Source: Octopus sinensis | Lineage: Eukaryota | Reading direction: 5' to 3' | Assembly (NCBI RefSeq): GCF_006345805.1 | Contig: NC_042997.1 | Location: 23,684,001 to 23,748,000 of the forward strand | Length of the DNA: 64,000 nucleotides | Shown: positions 12,762 to 25,879 of the stretch, piece after piece | Layout: every line of letters begins with the position of its first letter | Position numbering within the stretch: the stretch's first letter is position 1 | Program-made: the position numbers and the translations under genes | Notes under the pieces: generated by a model | Databases searched by the model: none | Told to the model about the DNA's origin: nothing | The model's input: only the letters and a program-made list of their open reading frames with translations

Positions 12762-13057
12762 ATTTTTCCTTGTGTAGTTGTCTTGTACTCTGTTTTTCGT
12801 GTTAAAGGAATGGTCCGTTCCGTGCTGTTTTACGTTTTCGTTTCTCGTTGAGTTCTACGTCTATTTGTGGTGTCATGTACACACGTATATATATTTATAT
12901 ATGCATGTATATATACATGTAGGTGTAGGTACGTACATATATGTTTGTATGTATGCATATATTTTATTCATTACACTATTGTATGACTGAGCGCCTTCGC
13001 GGCGATTCGATTCGATTCGTGGTGATTCGTTTCGTTTTTCTTCTTTCTAAGCTGGTA
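12701..13057 (+). mobile_element. (TA)n-embedded repeat, possibly Penelope-like pLTR or retrozyme-like; second copy at 58697-59170
   Basis: About 350 bp shared in inverted orientation with 58697-59057; both copies are flanked by (TA)n and carry CGAAAC and CTGATGA motifs. Confidence 0.7.
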
Positions 13058-13078
13058 TTATATATATATATTATATAT

Positions 13079-13122
<44 letters not shown>

Positions 13123-13184
13123 ATAGCTTAAGGTGACCCGCTCTACGCGCGGCTAAGAGTGTGGTTGTTACTTTCTGTTGCTTC

Positions 13185-13497
13185 CTTTCAGCACGTAAAA
13201 AGCACCATCCGAACGTGGCCGATGGCAGCGCCGCCTTGACTGGCTTCTGTGCCGGTGGCACGTAAAAAAGCACCAATCGATCGTGGCCGCTACCAGCCCC
13301 CTGGCACCTGTGCCGGCGGCACGAAAAAAGCACCCACTACACTCACAGAGTGGTTGGCGTTAGGAAGGGCATCCACCTGTAGAAACACTGCCAGATCAGA
13401 CTGGAGCCTGGTGCAGCCTCCTGGCTTCCCAGACCCCGGTCAAACTGTCCAACCCGTGCTAGCACGGAAAACGGACGTTAAACGATGATGATGATGA
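13185..13497 (+). mobile_element. SINE/LINE 3' portion with (GAT)n tail and internal GGCACGTAAAAAGCACC repeats
   Basis: GGTTGGCGTTAGGAAGGGCATCC motif; ends CGGACGTTAAACGATGATGATG, an RTE-type tail (from memory of the family). Confidence 0.7.
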
Positions 13498-14298
13498 TGA
13501 TTCTCCCACTTGTTTCTCCTTTCTCTCTCACTTTCCCACTCTCTTACTTTTCTTTTCTCTCGGACTCTCCGTCGCTTTCTCTTACTCTCTATCTTTATCT
13601 ATCTCTCTCCCATTTATAAACAACAAAAGATCTTGAGTAAGTTGAGAAATAAAATATTTTGAAAGATCAATCATAAATATCAGGCAGTGACAACGGAAAG
13701 GTCTGCTTCGAGGCAGACAGCAAAACACTAACATTTAAAAGGGACAGACGAACTTGCGTGCTGAATAAAAATAATAAAATATTGGAAACCAAAGTTTGAA
13801 GGGATAGAATGTGAGGATAGTAGAGTCACCATGGCTGGCATTTCTTAACGACGGACAGCAACGTAGTGGTAGTTTAACGGCTGGCGTAAAATTTTGAAGT
13901 TGTTGTAAAAGAAAATTCCTAAACACCAAGTTTTGAAGTGATTCTTTCTCACGACAGTAGACTCACCATGGCAAGCATTCAAAACTTCTTCATCATGGAC
14001 GACAACACATTAACGATTTAAAGGCTAGTGCAAATTTTTTAGGTTGATGTAACAGAGAATTCCTAAACACCCACTCCTGTAAATTTTAATCTCCTTCCAG
14101 GCCCCATTTAGACCCCTTTTCACATTTTGGTTAATATAACCCGATTTCATTCGGGTTTACTCGGGCCACATTTTATAAGATGAGGAATTTTGTCCTAGAG
14201 GTCACGCCTTCATTTGAGGAAAAAAATAGTTGTCATGCAAACTTGCCAGCACTTTTAACATAGGTGTGCATATTTTTCAGCACAACGACCACATAATG

Positions 14299-14345
<47 letters not shown>

Positions 14346-14352
14346 CACATTA

Positions 14353-14448
<96 letters not shown>

Positions 14449-15266
14449 GTGTACGCATTATGTATACAAATTATATATATATATAATATAAATTAAATTA
14501 GTGATAAAACCACTATTAGGCAAATTAAACAGTGAAAAAAATAACCCAAAACATAAAAATAAAAATATAATGTACAAAATATATAAAATATAAAATTTAA
14601 AAATTTAAATTATTTAAATTTAAAATTAAAATTATTAATTTATATTTATAATTCAAATATATATATATATATATAACTATCAAAAAGTATAAAAAAGTTT
14701 AATATACATAAATACAGATATATACACTTTGTATATATACATTATATATACATATTTATATATAGAACACACACATATATAAATTAACCCAATAAATATC
14801 TGATTCATAATATTTGTTGTCATGATTGTGTGGTGGTGGTGGCGATGATAATTCTGTTTATGAATGCAGACAGACGTAGAGAGAGAGAGAGAGTGTGAAA
14901 GCGCTGTCGAAGGCGGGGAGGAGGGGAAGATAGAGAACGCTCTTTGACGACGTTATAAAGAGAAAGTGAAGGGGAGTTAGACGCTGTTAACGTCGTTATA
15001 TATAGAAAATGATGGGAAGGGAGGAAAGAGAATGAGTGACGGAGGAAGACAGATACATAAAAGAATGAGAGTAGACTTGTCAAAGTGCATTTTTGGCCCT
15101 AGCAACGATACCTTTTAAGATGGGGATTTCTAACCTAGCCCACTGGCATCCTCACCTCATTTTACATGTCCCTGTAAATTTTGGAGTCAATCCGACGGGA
15201 TCTATTGGCCTTTAACTCGTTCTCAATGCCAAAACCAGACAAACAAACTTTTCGCATTTCAGTTTT

Positions 15267-15308
<42 letters not shown>

Positions 15309-15372
15309 TAGATTGGTACGTACGTACGTACATACATACATACATACATACATACATACATACATACATACA

Positions 15373-15403
<31 letters not shown>

Positions 15404-15639
15404 CACCATGCTGGACCGCTGAGATCTGCAAGGTTTTTTCATTCTCTCTGTTTATTTTCTCTTAGTCCTTTGAAGAGCGTAGGCTCGAAAAGTAAAAGAC
15501 TTTTTCATTTTTCCGAGCGTCAACACTTGCTTGTTGTTCATACACGTCTTCATCTTTTGTTTTTCAATAAATTTCAACTATGTATGTTGAGACCCCACGT
15601 TCGGCCATGACTGACCATGGGATTGCGCATAGAAAGTTA

Positions 15640-15900
15640 CCCTCCTAGCCACAAGTCCGAGTAAGGTTGTTTATGGAAGACCAGTAGTCGCCCATGTATA
15701 CCGGCCGCCACTCTCCTCGCCACGCAAGGGAAAGGCAAAGGCTGACACAGCATGGTACCTGTGACGTTGCAACTCATTTCTACAGCTGAGTGAATAAAAT
15801 GTCTTGCTGAAGAACACAACAGGCAGCCCGGTCCGGATTCGAACTCACAATCTCACGATCGTAAACTCGACGCTCTAACCACTGAGCCATGTGCCTTCAC
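15640..15900 (-). mobile_element. tRNA-derived SINE
   Basis: Minus strand GAAGGCACATGGCTCAGTGGTTAGAGCG...GAGTTCGAATCC. Confidence 0.75.
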
Positions 15901-15916
15901 AATTATATATAATGTG

Positions 15917-16046
<130 letters not shown>

Positions 16047-16936
16047 AAACCACAAAAATTAGGGATAAAATTCGACAGGAACGAAATGAAAAAAAAAAAA
16101 AAATTCCACGAGTGGATTCCTTATGTGTTTAAATGTACACTGTATGTTATGACTAATACATAGTCTTTGGACTGAATTTTTACACGTTAGGCTACTGCAA
16201 ATGAAAATTTTAATTAATTTCCATTTCCGTTTGATAAGATTAAGTAATATATATATATATATATATTATATACATATAGATGAGCACATAAATGCGAAAC
16301 AAAGTGGAAGAAATAGTACTTGAATACCAAAGGTAGAGAAATACACTTTTTATTAAAGCTGCAAAATTATCATAGAACGCTAACTCATAGTTTTGCGTTC
16401 CCGTTCGTCGGACAGTTCCCAATGAACGGGAATGTGAAAAATATATCTTGGTATTGGAGTAGATGTGTTCGCCTAAACCCCCTTAATGCAGTACCCCCAG
16501 CGTAGCCGCAGTTGAATAACTGAAAGAAGAGAAAAAAAAAAAAAACCCACAAAAAAAAAAGAAAGAAAAAAGAAACAAGTAAAATGTCGCTCATAGGCTA
16601 CGAGTAGAGAACAGGTGTTTTAGCACAAATTCTTTTCAACTTCATTCTTATTACAGAAAAATAATTATCGCGTTAAGAAGAATTTATGCTGTTTAAAACT
16701 GGAGATAATTATATTTGTTTTTACAAGTCATTGATTGAAAAACAAAACAAAGTCCTATACAAATATAGAACAAATACAAATAAATGAAAATACATTAACT
16801 TCAAATGCCATAAATTGATCTTTTCCTTCCCATAGTTTCTTCTCCAATAAAGTTACGTTTGAGGAGTTGAATTATTTACTTCTCAGCTTCTTGGTTTCCA
16901 CATCGTTAAGAGTGTAAAATGGAAATTCAATATGCG

Positions 16937-16988
<52 letters not shown>

Positions 16989-17360
16989 CTATATATTGTG
17001 TGCATGTGTTCTTGTATGTTCGTGTGTGTGTGTTTGTATTTGTGTGCGTGTTAGTATGTAAGTATTCTATAGCGTTACAGATGTTCTTGAGTAATTCGTC
17101 ATTGGGAAATAATTAAAATGAACTCTAGATGCGACAATAAGCCTAATTATTAAGCTGTGATGGTAGATACTTGTTTGTAAAACTTCTAATTGGATCATTA
17201 CATTTTCCAGTATGGCTGATCTCTGTATGATTTAGCATGGTTTTGCGTACACGTAAGTTTTAATGTAGCAATCTCATGTTATGGTACAAGTGAACATAAC
17301 TCTATATATTATCTTATAAACATTATATAAAGTATTCACGTTTATATATATATATATATA

Positions 17361-17611
17361 ATCTGTTTCTTAAACGAGGGACATATTCATACGGCACAGA
17401 ATGTTTTCAACTCAATAGACGTTACTGATTGGTTGAAATTGCAGAAATTGAAGAAAAAAACAACAAATATCTTACAAACTATAAAATTTTCTCAATAAAG
17501 CCAAGAGAAGAAGATGTTTTATAAACACATTCTACCAGTATACTAAGTTTAAAAGTGTTTAGTTACGTGGAAATTATTTTAAAGAAACTGCCGTTCAAAC
17601 CGAAAAGATCC
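17361..17611. repeat. Dispersed repeat, probable non-autonomous DNA transposon fragment (copy at 32245-32458)
   Basis: High identity between the two copies, both ending AACTGCCGTTCAAACCGAAAAGATC. Confidence 0.65.
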
Positions 17612-17796
17612 GTTCCCCATTACCTTCTGCCGGAGCCGCGTGGAGCTTAGGTGTTTCGCTCATAAACACACACATCGCCCACTCTGAGATTCGAACCCGC
17701 GATCCCTCGATCGCGAACCCGCTGCTCTAACCACTAAACCATGTGCTTCCACTCTAATGTTATTAAAAATCTCTAAATAATCATAATACTTTAAGG

Positions 17797-18158
17797 AGGA
17801 AGCACTCCGTCGGTTACGACGACGAGGGTTCCGGTTGATCCGAATCAACGGAACAGCCTGCTCGTGAAATTAACGTGTAAGTGGCTGAGCACTCCACAGA
17901 CACGTGCACCCTTAACGTAGTTCTCGGGGATATTCAGCGTGACACAGAGAAATACAGGTACAACAGAAACAGGAAGTAAGAGTGAGAGAAAGTTGTGGTG
18001 AAAGAGTACAGCAGGGATCACCACCATCCCCTGCCGGAGCCTCGTGGAGCTTTAGGTGTTTTCGCTCAATAAACACTCACAACGCCCGGTCTGGGAATCG
18101 AAACCGCGATCCTACGACCGCGAGTCCGCTGCCCTAACCACTGGGCCATTGCGCCTCC
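17797..18158 (-). mobile_element. tRNA-derived SINE family C, full length
   Basis: Reverse complement of 33349-33710: GGAGGCGCAATGGCCCAGTGGTTAGGGCAG...GACGGAGTGCTTCC. Confidence 0.85.
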
Positions 18159-19020
18159 AATCATCATACTGTTAGTCCATTGTCGAAGCCGAGTTTTCTT
18201 TCTAATGTTAATATTAATGTTAATTTTCCATCAGATATTTTATTTATCAATCCTATAACGATTGTCAGTCAGGGTTTATTCATGTACATTTGGAGATATT
18301 AGCGACGTTTGCTTCGAGATTTTTCTCAGTAAAATAAACCTCTTGTTTTGTTAGACATTCTGTTTTCTTATCTAATTTAATTTTCTCGGAGATATGTTTA
18401 GCCTCTTGAATTATATCGTAGTAGCTTATCCCATTACTTATGTTATTGAGGAGAAGATATCTGTATCGTTATCTACTTCATTGTGGTCATTGGTCATAGA
18501 GAAAAAATAAATTCATCAATTATAAGACAACTTAAATTTCTTTATGTCATCACTAAGTTTGTTTTGAGAAGTGAGTTCTAATGAAAGTAGCCGTTCGCTA
18601 ACAAGTGTGAGCGGTCAACTTTGAAGGGTGTTGGCTCTTTAATTCCAGTCGGGTATTTTCTGGTTGTGATGTCATGGTGTTCCTTGGTTGTGTCCATAGA
18701 TCTTAGGGTCACTGAGGCCTCAATGACTCTGAAAGCTATGTCATTGACGAGCAAGTTCCTAGTAGGGCCTTCCATGTTGAATACGTCAAAGTATTGAGGC
18801 CAGGCTTTTTATTGCATTAATTTGTGAATATACAATTGTATAATACTGAGCATGCGTATAGATGCAGACGTATAATTTTTTTTCGTATTGAAATTAATGC
18901 TCCATGAAGGTTACGAAACCGCCATAACCAGATAGAAGTCATATGGATAAATAAATCTGTCTTCACCTCTCATATCACCTGACTTTATTCTTTACATATA
19001 TACATACATACATACATACA

Positions 19021-19276
19021 TACAAGTTCAGGTTTATACCTGTAATTATTGGGGCCCTGGGATATGTAACACACTGCCTAAATACCAATCTTGAGAAATT
19101 AAGCTTCTCAAAATCAGAAAGGAGAAAGCTAATTCGAAGACTACAGAGATAATCCATCACTGGAACTGTAAAAATCTGTAAAACTTTCCAGAAGTTTATC
19201 ATTTAAATATATATGTGTTTGTCTAGATATGCAAATATATGTATGAGAATACATACATAAAACATAAATTTGCACA
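19021..19276 (+). mobile_element. 5'-truncated R4/Dong-like non-LTR retrotransposon 3' end in (TACA)n
   Basis: Translates YKFRFIPVIIGALGYVTHCLNTNLEKLSFSKSERRKLIRRLQR*SITGTVKICKTFQKFII*, a REL-type C-terminus; (TACA)n on both sides. Confidence 0.8.
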
Positions 19277-19313
19277 TACATACATACGTACGTACATACA
19301 TACATACATACAT

Positions 19314-19352
<39 letters not shown>

Positions 19353-19389
19353 CGCACATACATACATACAAACAAACATACAAACAAAC

Positions 19390-19758
19390 AAGAATACCCT
19401 GTTGCTGATGTTGAAATTCCAATGAAGAGGCTTGTATCTAGGTTAGAAACCGGTTCTTTCTGAGGTGGCAAGAAAGCTTGAAATAAAACTGAATAATGGC
19501 GTACATACATACACACATACATACATACATGCATACACATACATACATACATACACCACACACACACACACACGCCACATACAACATACAAACAACATAC
19601 AAAACAAACAAGAATACCCTGTTGCTGATGTTGAAATTCCAATGAAGAGGCTTGTATCTAGGTTAGAAACCGGTTCTTTCTCTGGTGGCAAGAAAGCTTG
19701 AAATAAAACTGAATAATGGCGTACATACATACACACATACATACATACATGCATACAT

Positions 19759-19807
<49 letters not shown>

Positions 19808-19950
19808 TACATATATACAAACAAACATACAAACAAACAAGAATACCCTGTTGCTGATGTTGAAATTCCAATGAAGAGGCTTGTATCTAGGTTAGAAACC
19901 GGTTCTTTCTCTGGTGGCAAGAAAGCTTGAAATAAAACTGAATAATGGCG
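19390..19950 (+). repeat. Three tandem ~110-bp units (period 220-229 bp) resembling an R4-like 3' end, each followed by (TACA)n
   Basis: Units at 19390, 19611 and 19840; end ...LKFQ* and share GAAACCGG(T/C)TCT with the 3' end at 50929-51326. Confidence 0.75.
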
Positions 19951-20520
19951 TACATACATACACACATACATACATACATGCATACATACATACATACATA
20001 CATACATACATACATACATACACACATACATACATACATGCATACATACATACATACATACATACATACACACATACATACATACATGCATACATACATA
20101 CATACATACACACATACATACATACATGCATACATACATACATACATACATACATACACACATACATACATACATGCATACATACATACATACATACATA
20201 CATACATACATACATGCATACATACATACATACATACATACATACACACATACATACATACATGCATACATACATACATACATACATACACACATACATG
20301 CATACATGCATACATACATACATGCATACATACATACATACATACATACATACACACATACATACATACATGCATACATACATACATACATACACACATA
20401 CACGCATACATACATACATACATACATACATACATACATACATACATACATACATACATGCACACATACATACATACATGCATACATACATACATGCATA
20501 CATACACACACACATACACA
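19951..20520. repeat. (CATA)n microsatellite
   Basis: Direct inspection. Confidence 0.95.
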
Positions 20521-20679
20521 CAGATACACAAACACAAACACATCTCAAAGGAAACTGAACATCTCATTTAGTTAGACATTCTAGTCTCTTATCTAATTAT
20601 CCAAGGTGCCTCGCAGGGCGACTAAACTCGAAAACGCGTGGCTGGAAAGCAAACTTCTTGCCACACAGCCGCACCTATA

Positions 20680-21956
20680 TCTTTATATATAAAAGTGAAG
20701 TTGTGTGTCTGTCTCCTACGATTTAGATTCCTAACTACTCCCACATTTTGCGGTGCAGTTTAACCAAAAGTGGGTATCTTATAGTCGTGATTCATATCGA
20801 GCCCTTCTGGGTATTAGCGCGCGTCTACGATGAGTCTACGATTAAAAAAAAATTTACCATCATTTTTTCCCATTTTAATGAATTTTTTCGCTATTATATA
20901 AGGGAAGTAACTCTCTAAAAATGTCTACGATGAGTCAACGATTAAAAAAAATTTACCATCATTTTTTCCCATTTTAATGAATTTTTTTCGCTATTATATA
21001 AGGGAAGTAACTCTCTAAAAATGTCTACGATGAGTCAACGATTAAAAAAAATTTACCATAATTTTTTTCCATTTTTAATGCATTTTTTTGCTATTTTTTG
21101 GCTATAACTCTCTAAAAATGCTTATATAGTTATTTCCCTTACAAACCCGAGCAACGCCGGGCGATACTGCTAGTCTTTATATATAAAAGAGAAGTTGTGT
21201 GTCTGTCTCCTACGATTTAGATTCCTAACTACTCCCACATTTTGCGGTGCAGTTTAACCAAAACCGGGTATCTTATAGTTGTGATTCATATCGAGCCCTT
21301 CTGGGTATTAGCGCGCGTCTACGATGAGTCTACGATAAAAAAAAAATTTACCATCATTTTTTCCCATTTTAATGAATTTTTTTCGCTATTATATAAGGGA
21401 AGTAACTCTCTAAAAATGTCTACGATGAGTCAACGATTAAAAAAATTACCATAATTTTTTTCCATTTTTAATGCATTTTTTTGCTATTTTTTGGCTATAC
21501 TCTCAAAAATGCTTTATATTTTTTCCCTTACAAACCCGAGCAACGCCGGGCGATACTGCTAGTCTTTATATATAAAAGTGATTGTTGTTCTGTCTCCTAC
21601 GATTTAGATTCTAACTACTCTCCCACATTTTGCGGTGCAGTGTAACCAAAAGTGGGTATCTTATAGTCGTGATTCATATCGAGCCCTTCTGGGTATTAGC
21701 GCGCGTCTACGATGAGTCTACGATTTAAAAAAAATTACCATCATTTTTTTCCATTTTAATGAATTTTTTCGCTATTATATAAGGGAAGTAACTCTCTAAA
21801 AATGTCTACGATGAGTCAAAGATTAAAAAAAAATTTACCATCATTTTTTTCCCATTTTTAATGCATTTTTTTGCTATTTTTTGGCTATAACTCTCTAAAA
21901 ATGCTTATATAGTTATTTCCCTTACAAACCCGAGCAACGCCGGGCGATACTGCTAG
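20680..21956 (+). mobile_element. Three head-to-tail non-autonomous Helitrons
   Basis: A|TC...CTAG|TC...CTAG|TC...CTAG|T (20680-21173, 21174-21562, 21563-21956); subterminal hairpin CCCGAGCAACGCCGGG; no TSD. Confidence 0.9.
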
Positions 21957-22959
21957 TATGTAATAATATCCGTTTAGTTTTTTGAAGTTCCTTTAGAGAT
22001 TCTCAACGTCTCATATTTGCCTCTTCGTTCAGTTTTTCCTTCCTTTCATGAATTCCATTATTTTTCTTCTAGTTTTCATCATCATTATCATCACATATAT
22101 TCTATGGTTACAATTGCAATTATTATTATTATTATTATTATTGTTGATGTTGAAAGGCCTAAGTCATGAACAAATCGCAAAGGTAGAGACAACAAAAAAA
22201 AACAAAAAACAAAAAACAAACTTACCATAAAACAACAGCAATAACAATAAAAAAGAACATTATAGGAAAAAACAAAAACACCCCAGAACAAAAAAAAAAA
22301 CGCAATGTAGCTGGAGACAGATTAAATTGCATTTAAGAAATACATCAAAAAAACAATTTAAACAAACAAAAAAAACCCCCTCCAAAATAACAAATTTGAA
22401 AATAGATACACCCCCACTTCCTCCTCAGAAAGAAAAAAAAGCGGACGAAATTGTTGGAACTGAACCGAAACCAAAGTTGTGACAGGCCGAGAAATTCAAC
22501 TGAACAAACATTGGGTTACCTTTCGTTGACAGTTGACAGCCGACTGATAACTAGAATCTCTCTCTCTCTTTCTCTCTCTCCCTCTCACTCTCTGTCTGTC
22601 AGTCTGTCTGTTTGTCTGTCACTCTCTCTTTCTCTCTCCCCTCCCTCTCTCTCTCTTTCACTCGCTCACTTGCTCACTGTCTTTCACAGTTTCGTGTTCT
22701 CTTGATCTCTCATTTCTTTTCTTTCACCTCGTCGTTATTTTCAGGCTGTGCGTGCGTGCGTGTGTGTATGTGTGTGTGTGTGTGTGTGTGTATGTGTGTG
22801 CGTTTGCGTGCGTGTATGCGTGAGTATATTATTCTCTCTCTCTCTCTCCTCTCTCTCTCTACCTCTCTGTCCTTCACTCTCTCTTTTGCGCTCACATACA
22901 TGAATTACTCACAAATCCACACACACGTACAAAACATCAATGATATATTTTGCATACGA

Positions 22960-23200
22960 AGGCGGCGAGCTGGCAGAAACGTTAGCACACCAGGCGAAAT
23001 GCTAAGTGTTATTGCGTCTGTCGTTGCGTTCTGAGTTCAAATTCCGCCGAGGTCGACTTTGCCTTTCATCCTTTGGGGGTCGATAAATTAAGTACCAGTT
23101 ACGCACTGGGGGGGGCGATGTAGTCGACTTAATCCGTTTGTCTGTCCTTGTTTGTCCCCTCTATGGTTAGCCCCTTGTGGGCAATAAAGAAACAGATATA
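22960..23200 (+). mobile_element. SINE family A
   Basis: GGCGGCGAGCTGGCAGAAACG head, core and tail. Confidence 0.85.
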
Positions 23201-23351
23201 TTTTGCACACGAAAACACAGTCACATAGGTTACGCACATTTACCAAACATACAGCACACATAAATACACACATAAAAAGAACAGCAATTTATTTTAACTA
23301 TTTTTTTAGTTGTTCTACATCTCCGTCTGTACAAACACACTTACGAGCATT

Positions 23352-23391
<40 letters not shown>

Positions 23392-23560
23392 CACACATGA
23401 ATATATATATATATATATATATTCCCTCTTCCCGTCTCTCTTCGTCTCCTCTCACTTTCTCTCTTCACACACACGAACACATTCTGTTTCATATTTCTAT
23501 ATCATAATCTAACCTCTCCCTTCCTTCCGTCCGTCCGTCCGTCCGTCCGTCCGTCCGTCC

Positions 23561-23654
<94 letters not shown>

Positions 23655-23916
23655 CACGTGACCGACCAGACCATCAGATGTTGTTACACATCGCTGGTCA
23701 CAATGCGTTCGCATTGTTTTAGCCTTCGAATGACGCCACCCCGCTGGCTAAGCGAGCAGGTCAACAGAAGAAAGAGTGGGAGAAAGAGTGGTGAAAGAGT
23801 ACAGCAGGGATCACCACCCCCTGCCGGAGCCTCGTGGAGCTTTTAGGTGTTTTCGCTCAATAAACACACACAACGCCCGGTCTGGGAATCGAAACCGCGA
23901 TCCTGCGACCGCGCCT

Positions 23917-23918
<2 letters not shown>
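23655..23918 (-). mobile_element. SINE family C head joined to a different 3' tail
   Basis: Family C head/core matches 33349 onward, then diverges after GAGTGGGAGAAAG. Confidence 0.65.
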
Positions 23919-23982
<64 letters not shown>

Positions 23983-24025
23983 ATATATATATATAATATA
24001 TATATATATATATCTATATATTATA

Positions 24026-24059
<34 letters not shown>

Positions 24060-24318
24060 ATAAAAATAAATGCGCCCTTGTAAAGGCTAGCCAGTCTCAT
24101 GGGCCCGGTTTCCCGTTTCAATGGCGTATGTGTTCCCCAGCTGGACGGGACGCCAGTCCATCGCAGCGTCCCTTATTTTTGCCATCTGAGTGGACTGGAG
24201 CAACGTGAAAATGAAGTGTTTTGCTCAAGAACACAACGCGTCGCCCGGTCCAGGAATCGAAACCACAATCTTACGATCATGATGCTGACACCCTGACCAC
24301 TAAGCCACGCGCCTCCAC
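24060..24318 (-). mobile_element. tRNA-derived SINE (same family as 1-269)
   Basis: Near-identical to 30-269. Confidence 0.85.
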
Positions 24319-24740
24319 ATATACATGTATATACTTATATAACTTTCCACCACATGTATTCCATTGATTTGCTTCGGTGTCTTCTGTATGTCGCTTTCCG
24401 TTTATATTTTCCACCCTCTTTCGAACACACACACACACACACGCACAGATACGCACATATTTTCGCATCCCGTTTTTTTTTTTTTTATAAGTATCAATAT
24501 GTCTAACGATATATCTTTGTCACAATTTCTTCACTCTCTCTCTCTCTGTCTTAAAGGAATTTTTGTTTTATACTATGGAATGACGACTAGCCAGAAATTT
24601 TAACGTTACTGAAATCTTAGAAGTCGTGAAAGGTGTAGAGTAGAATTTTAAAAGAAAACAACAATTGCAACAACAACAATATCAACAACAACGGAAACAT
24701 CAACATCAAAAATAACGAAGAAAAATAAGACTAATGCATG

Positions 24741-24773
<33 letters not shown>

Positions 24774-24790
24774 ACACACACACTTATAGA

Positions 24791-25489
24791 TAAGCGCCCC
24801 GTCGCCGTCGGCTTCGCGGCCGGCCAGCGCCGGGAACTACGCGCTTCTCTCGACCGGGCCCGTCGCTCCACGAAAGCGCAGGCACGACTAACCGACGGAG
24901 ACTGATTAACGCCCCCCGCCCTTAGCAAGCACGACGCAGCGAGTCGCCCGCGTGCTGCCGCGTTGCTTCCCTCGCGAGAGGGACCGCTCGAAAAGCCGCC
25001 CGTTTGCCGCCAGTCAGCGACGAACATCGGCAACCTACCCTACCCGTATTGAAACACGGACCGAGGAATTCCAGTCGACTGTGAGTCGTTGGAGCCTTTC
25101 ACTTCGCGAACTCCGATGGTACAGCGAAAGCGAGAATGTGACACGCCATCGTCGGTGCCTCGAAGCATCGTTTGCGCGTTCGTGACCGCGTTTCCGCGCG
25201 TCGTCGCGTTCCCGCTCCGGGGACCCGAAAGATGGTGATCTACGCCCGGTCGGGACGAAGCCAGAGGAAACTCTGGTGGAAATCCGAAGCGCCTCTGACG
25301 TGCAAATCAATCGACGGAACCAGGTGTAGGGGCGAAAGACCAATCGAGTCGTCTAGTAGCTGGTTCCTTTGAAGTTTCCCTCAGGATAGCTGGCGCCAGC
25401 GGGAGAACGACATGCAATTCCGCCCGGTAAAGCGAACGACTGGAGGCCCCGGGGACGTTGACGGCCTCAATCTACTCTCGCACTCGGAA
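24791..25489 (+). rRNA. 28S: Isolated 28S rRNA fragment (late D2 through D3 and following core); pseudogene/retrocopy
   Basis: LSU motifs ACCCGTATTGAAACACGGACC (25042), GACCCGAAAGATGGTG, CCAGAGGAAACTCTGG (25261), GGGGCGAAAGAC, TAGTAGCTGGTTCC, GAAGTTTCCCTCAGGATAGC; no neighbouring rDNA; 18-bp direct repeats at 24773-24790 and 25506-25523. Confidence 0.93.
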
Positions 25490-25879
25490 CACACACACAT
25501 ACACACACACACACACTTATAGAATGTGTTTATGTGTAGCTCACTTTGTAAACCACGTGATTTCGGGTTCAGACCCATTTCACAGTTCCTTGGGTAAGTA
25601 CCTTCTACTATAACCCCAGGCCAACCAAAACCTTGTGAGTGAATTTGGTAGACGGACACTGTGGAAGTCCCTAGTGTGTCATCTTAAGTGTCGTCTGTCC
25701 TACCTTAGGTCGACTAAGTCTTACGAGTGAAATTGCGTTGACAGAAAATATACTGAAGCATGCCGGACTGATTATGCCTGTAATTCCATAAACTTGTCAC
25801 GCTTTGTCACATCGGAATGAACTGATTTGGAGTGGCTGTTTGGACGCTGGCGATTTGGCCCAACCCATTGGACATTGAA

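Noticed and set aside
15465-15500. TTTGAAGAGCGTAGGCTCGAAAAGTA hammerhead-like motif
   Set aside because: Core is incomplete and there is no stem III; single copy in the window.
18578-18800. Non-repetitive minus-strand ORF MEGPTRNLLVND...
   Set aside because: Short, no recognisable domain and no clear splice sites; needs a homology search.
22520-22545. Tandem TTGACAG (TALE-homeodomain-like) sites as an enhancer
   Set aside because: Short motifs are expected by chance in 64 kb; no conservation data.
24791-25489. Functional rDNA unit
   Set aside because: No 18S, 5.8S, ITS or remainder of 28S nearby; bounded by direct repeats.
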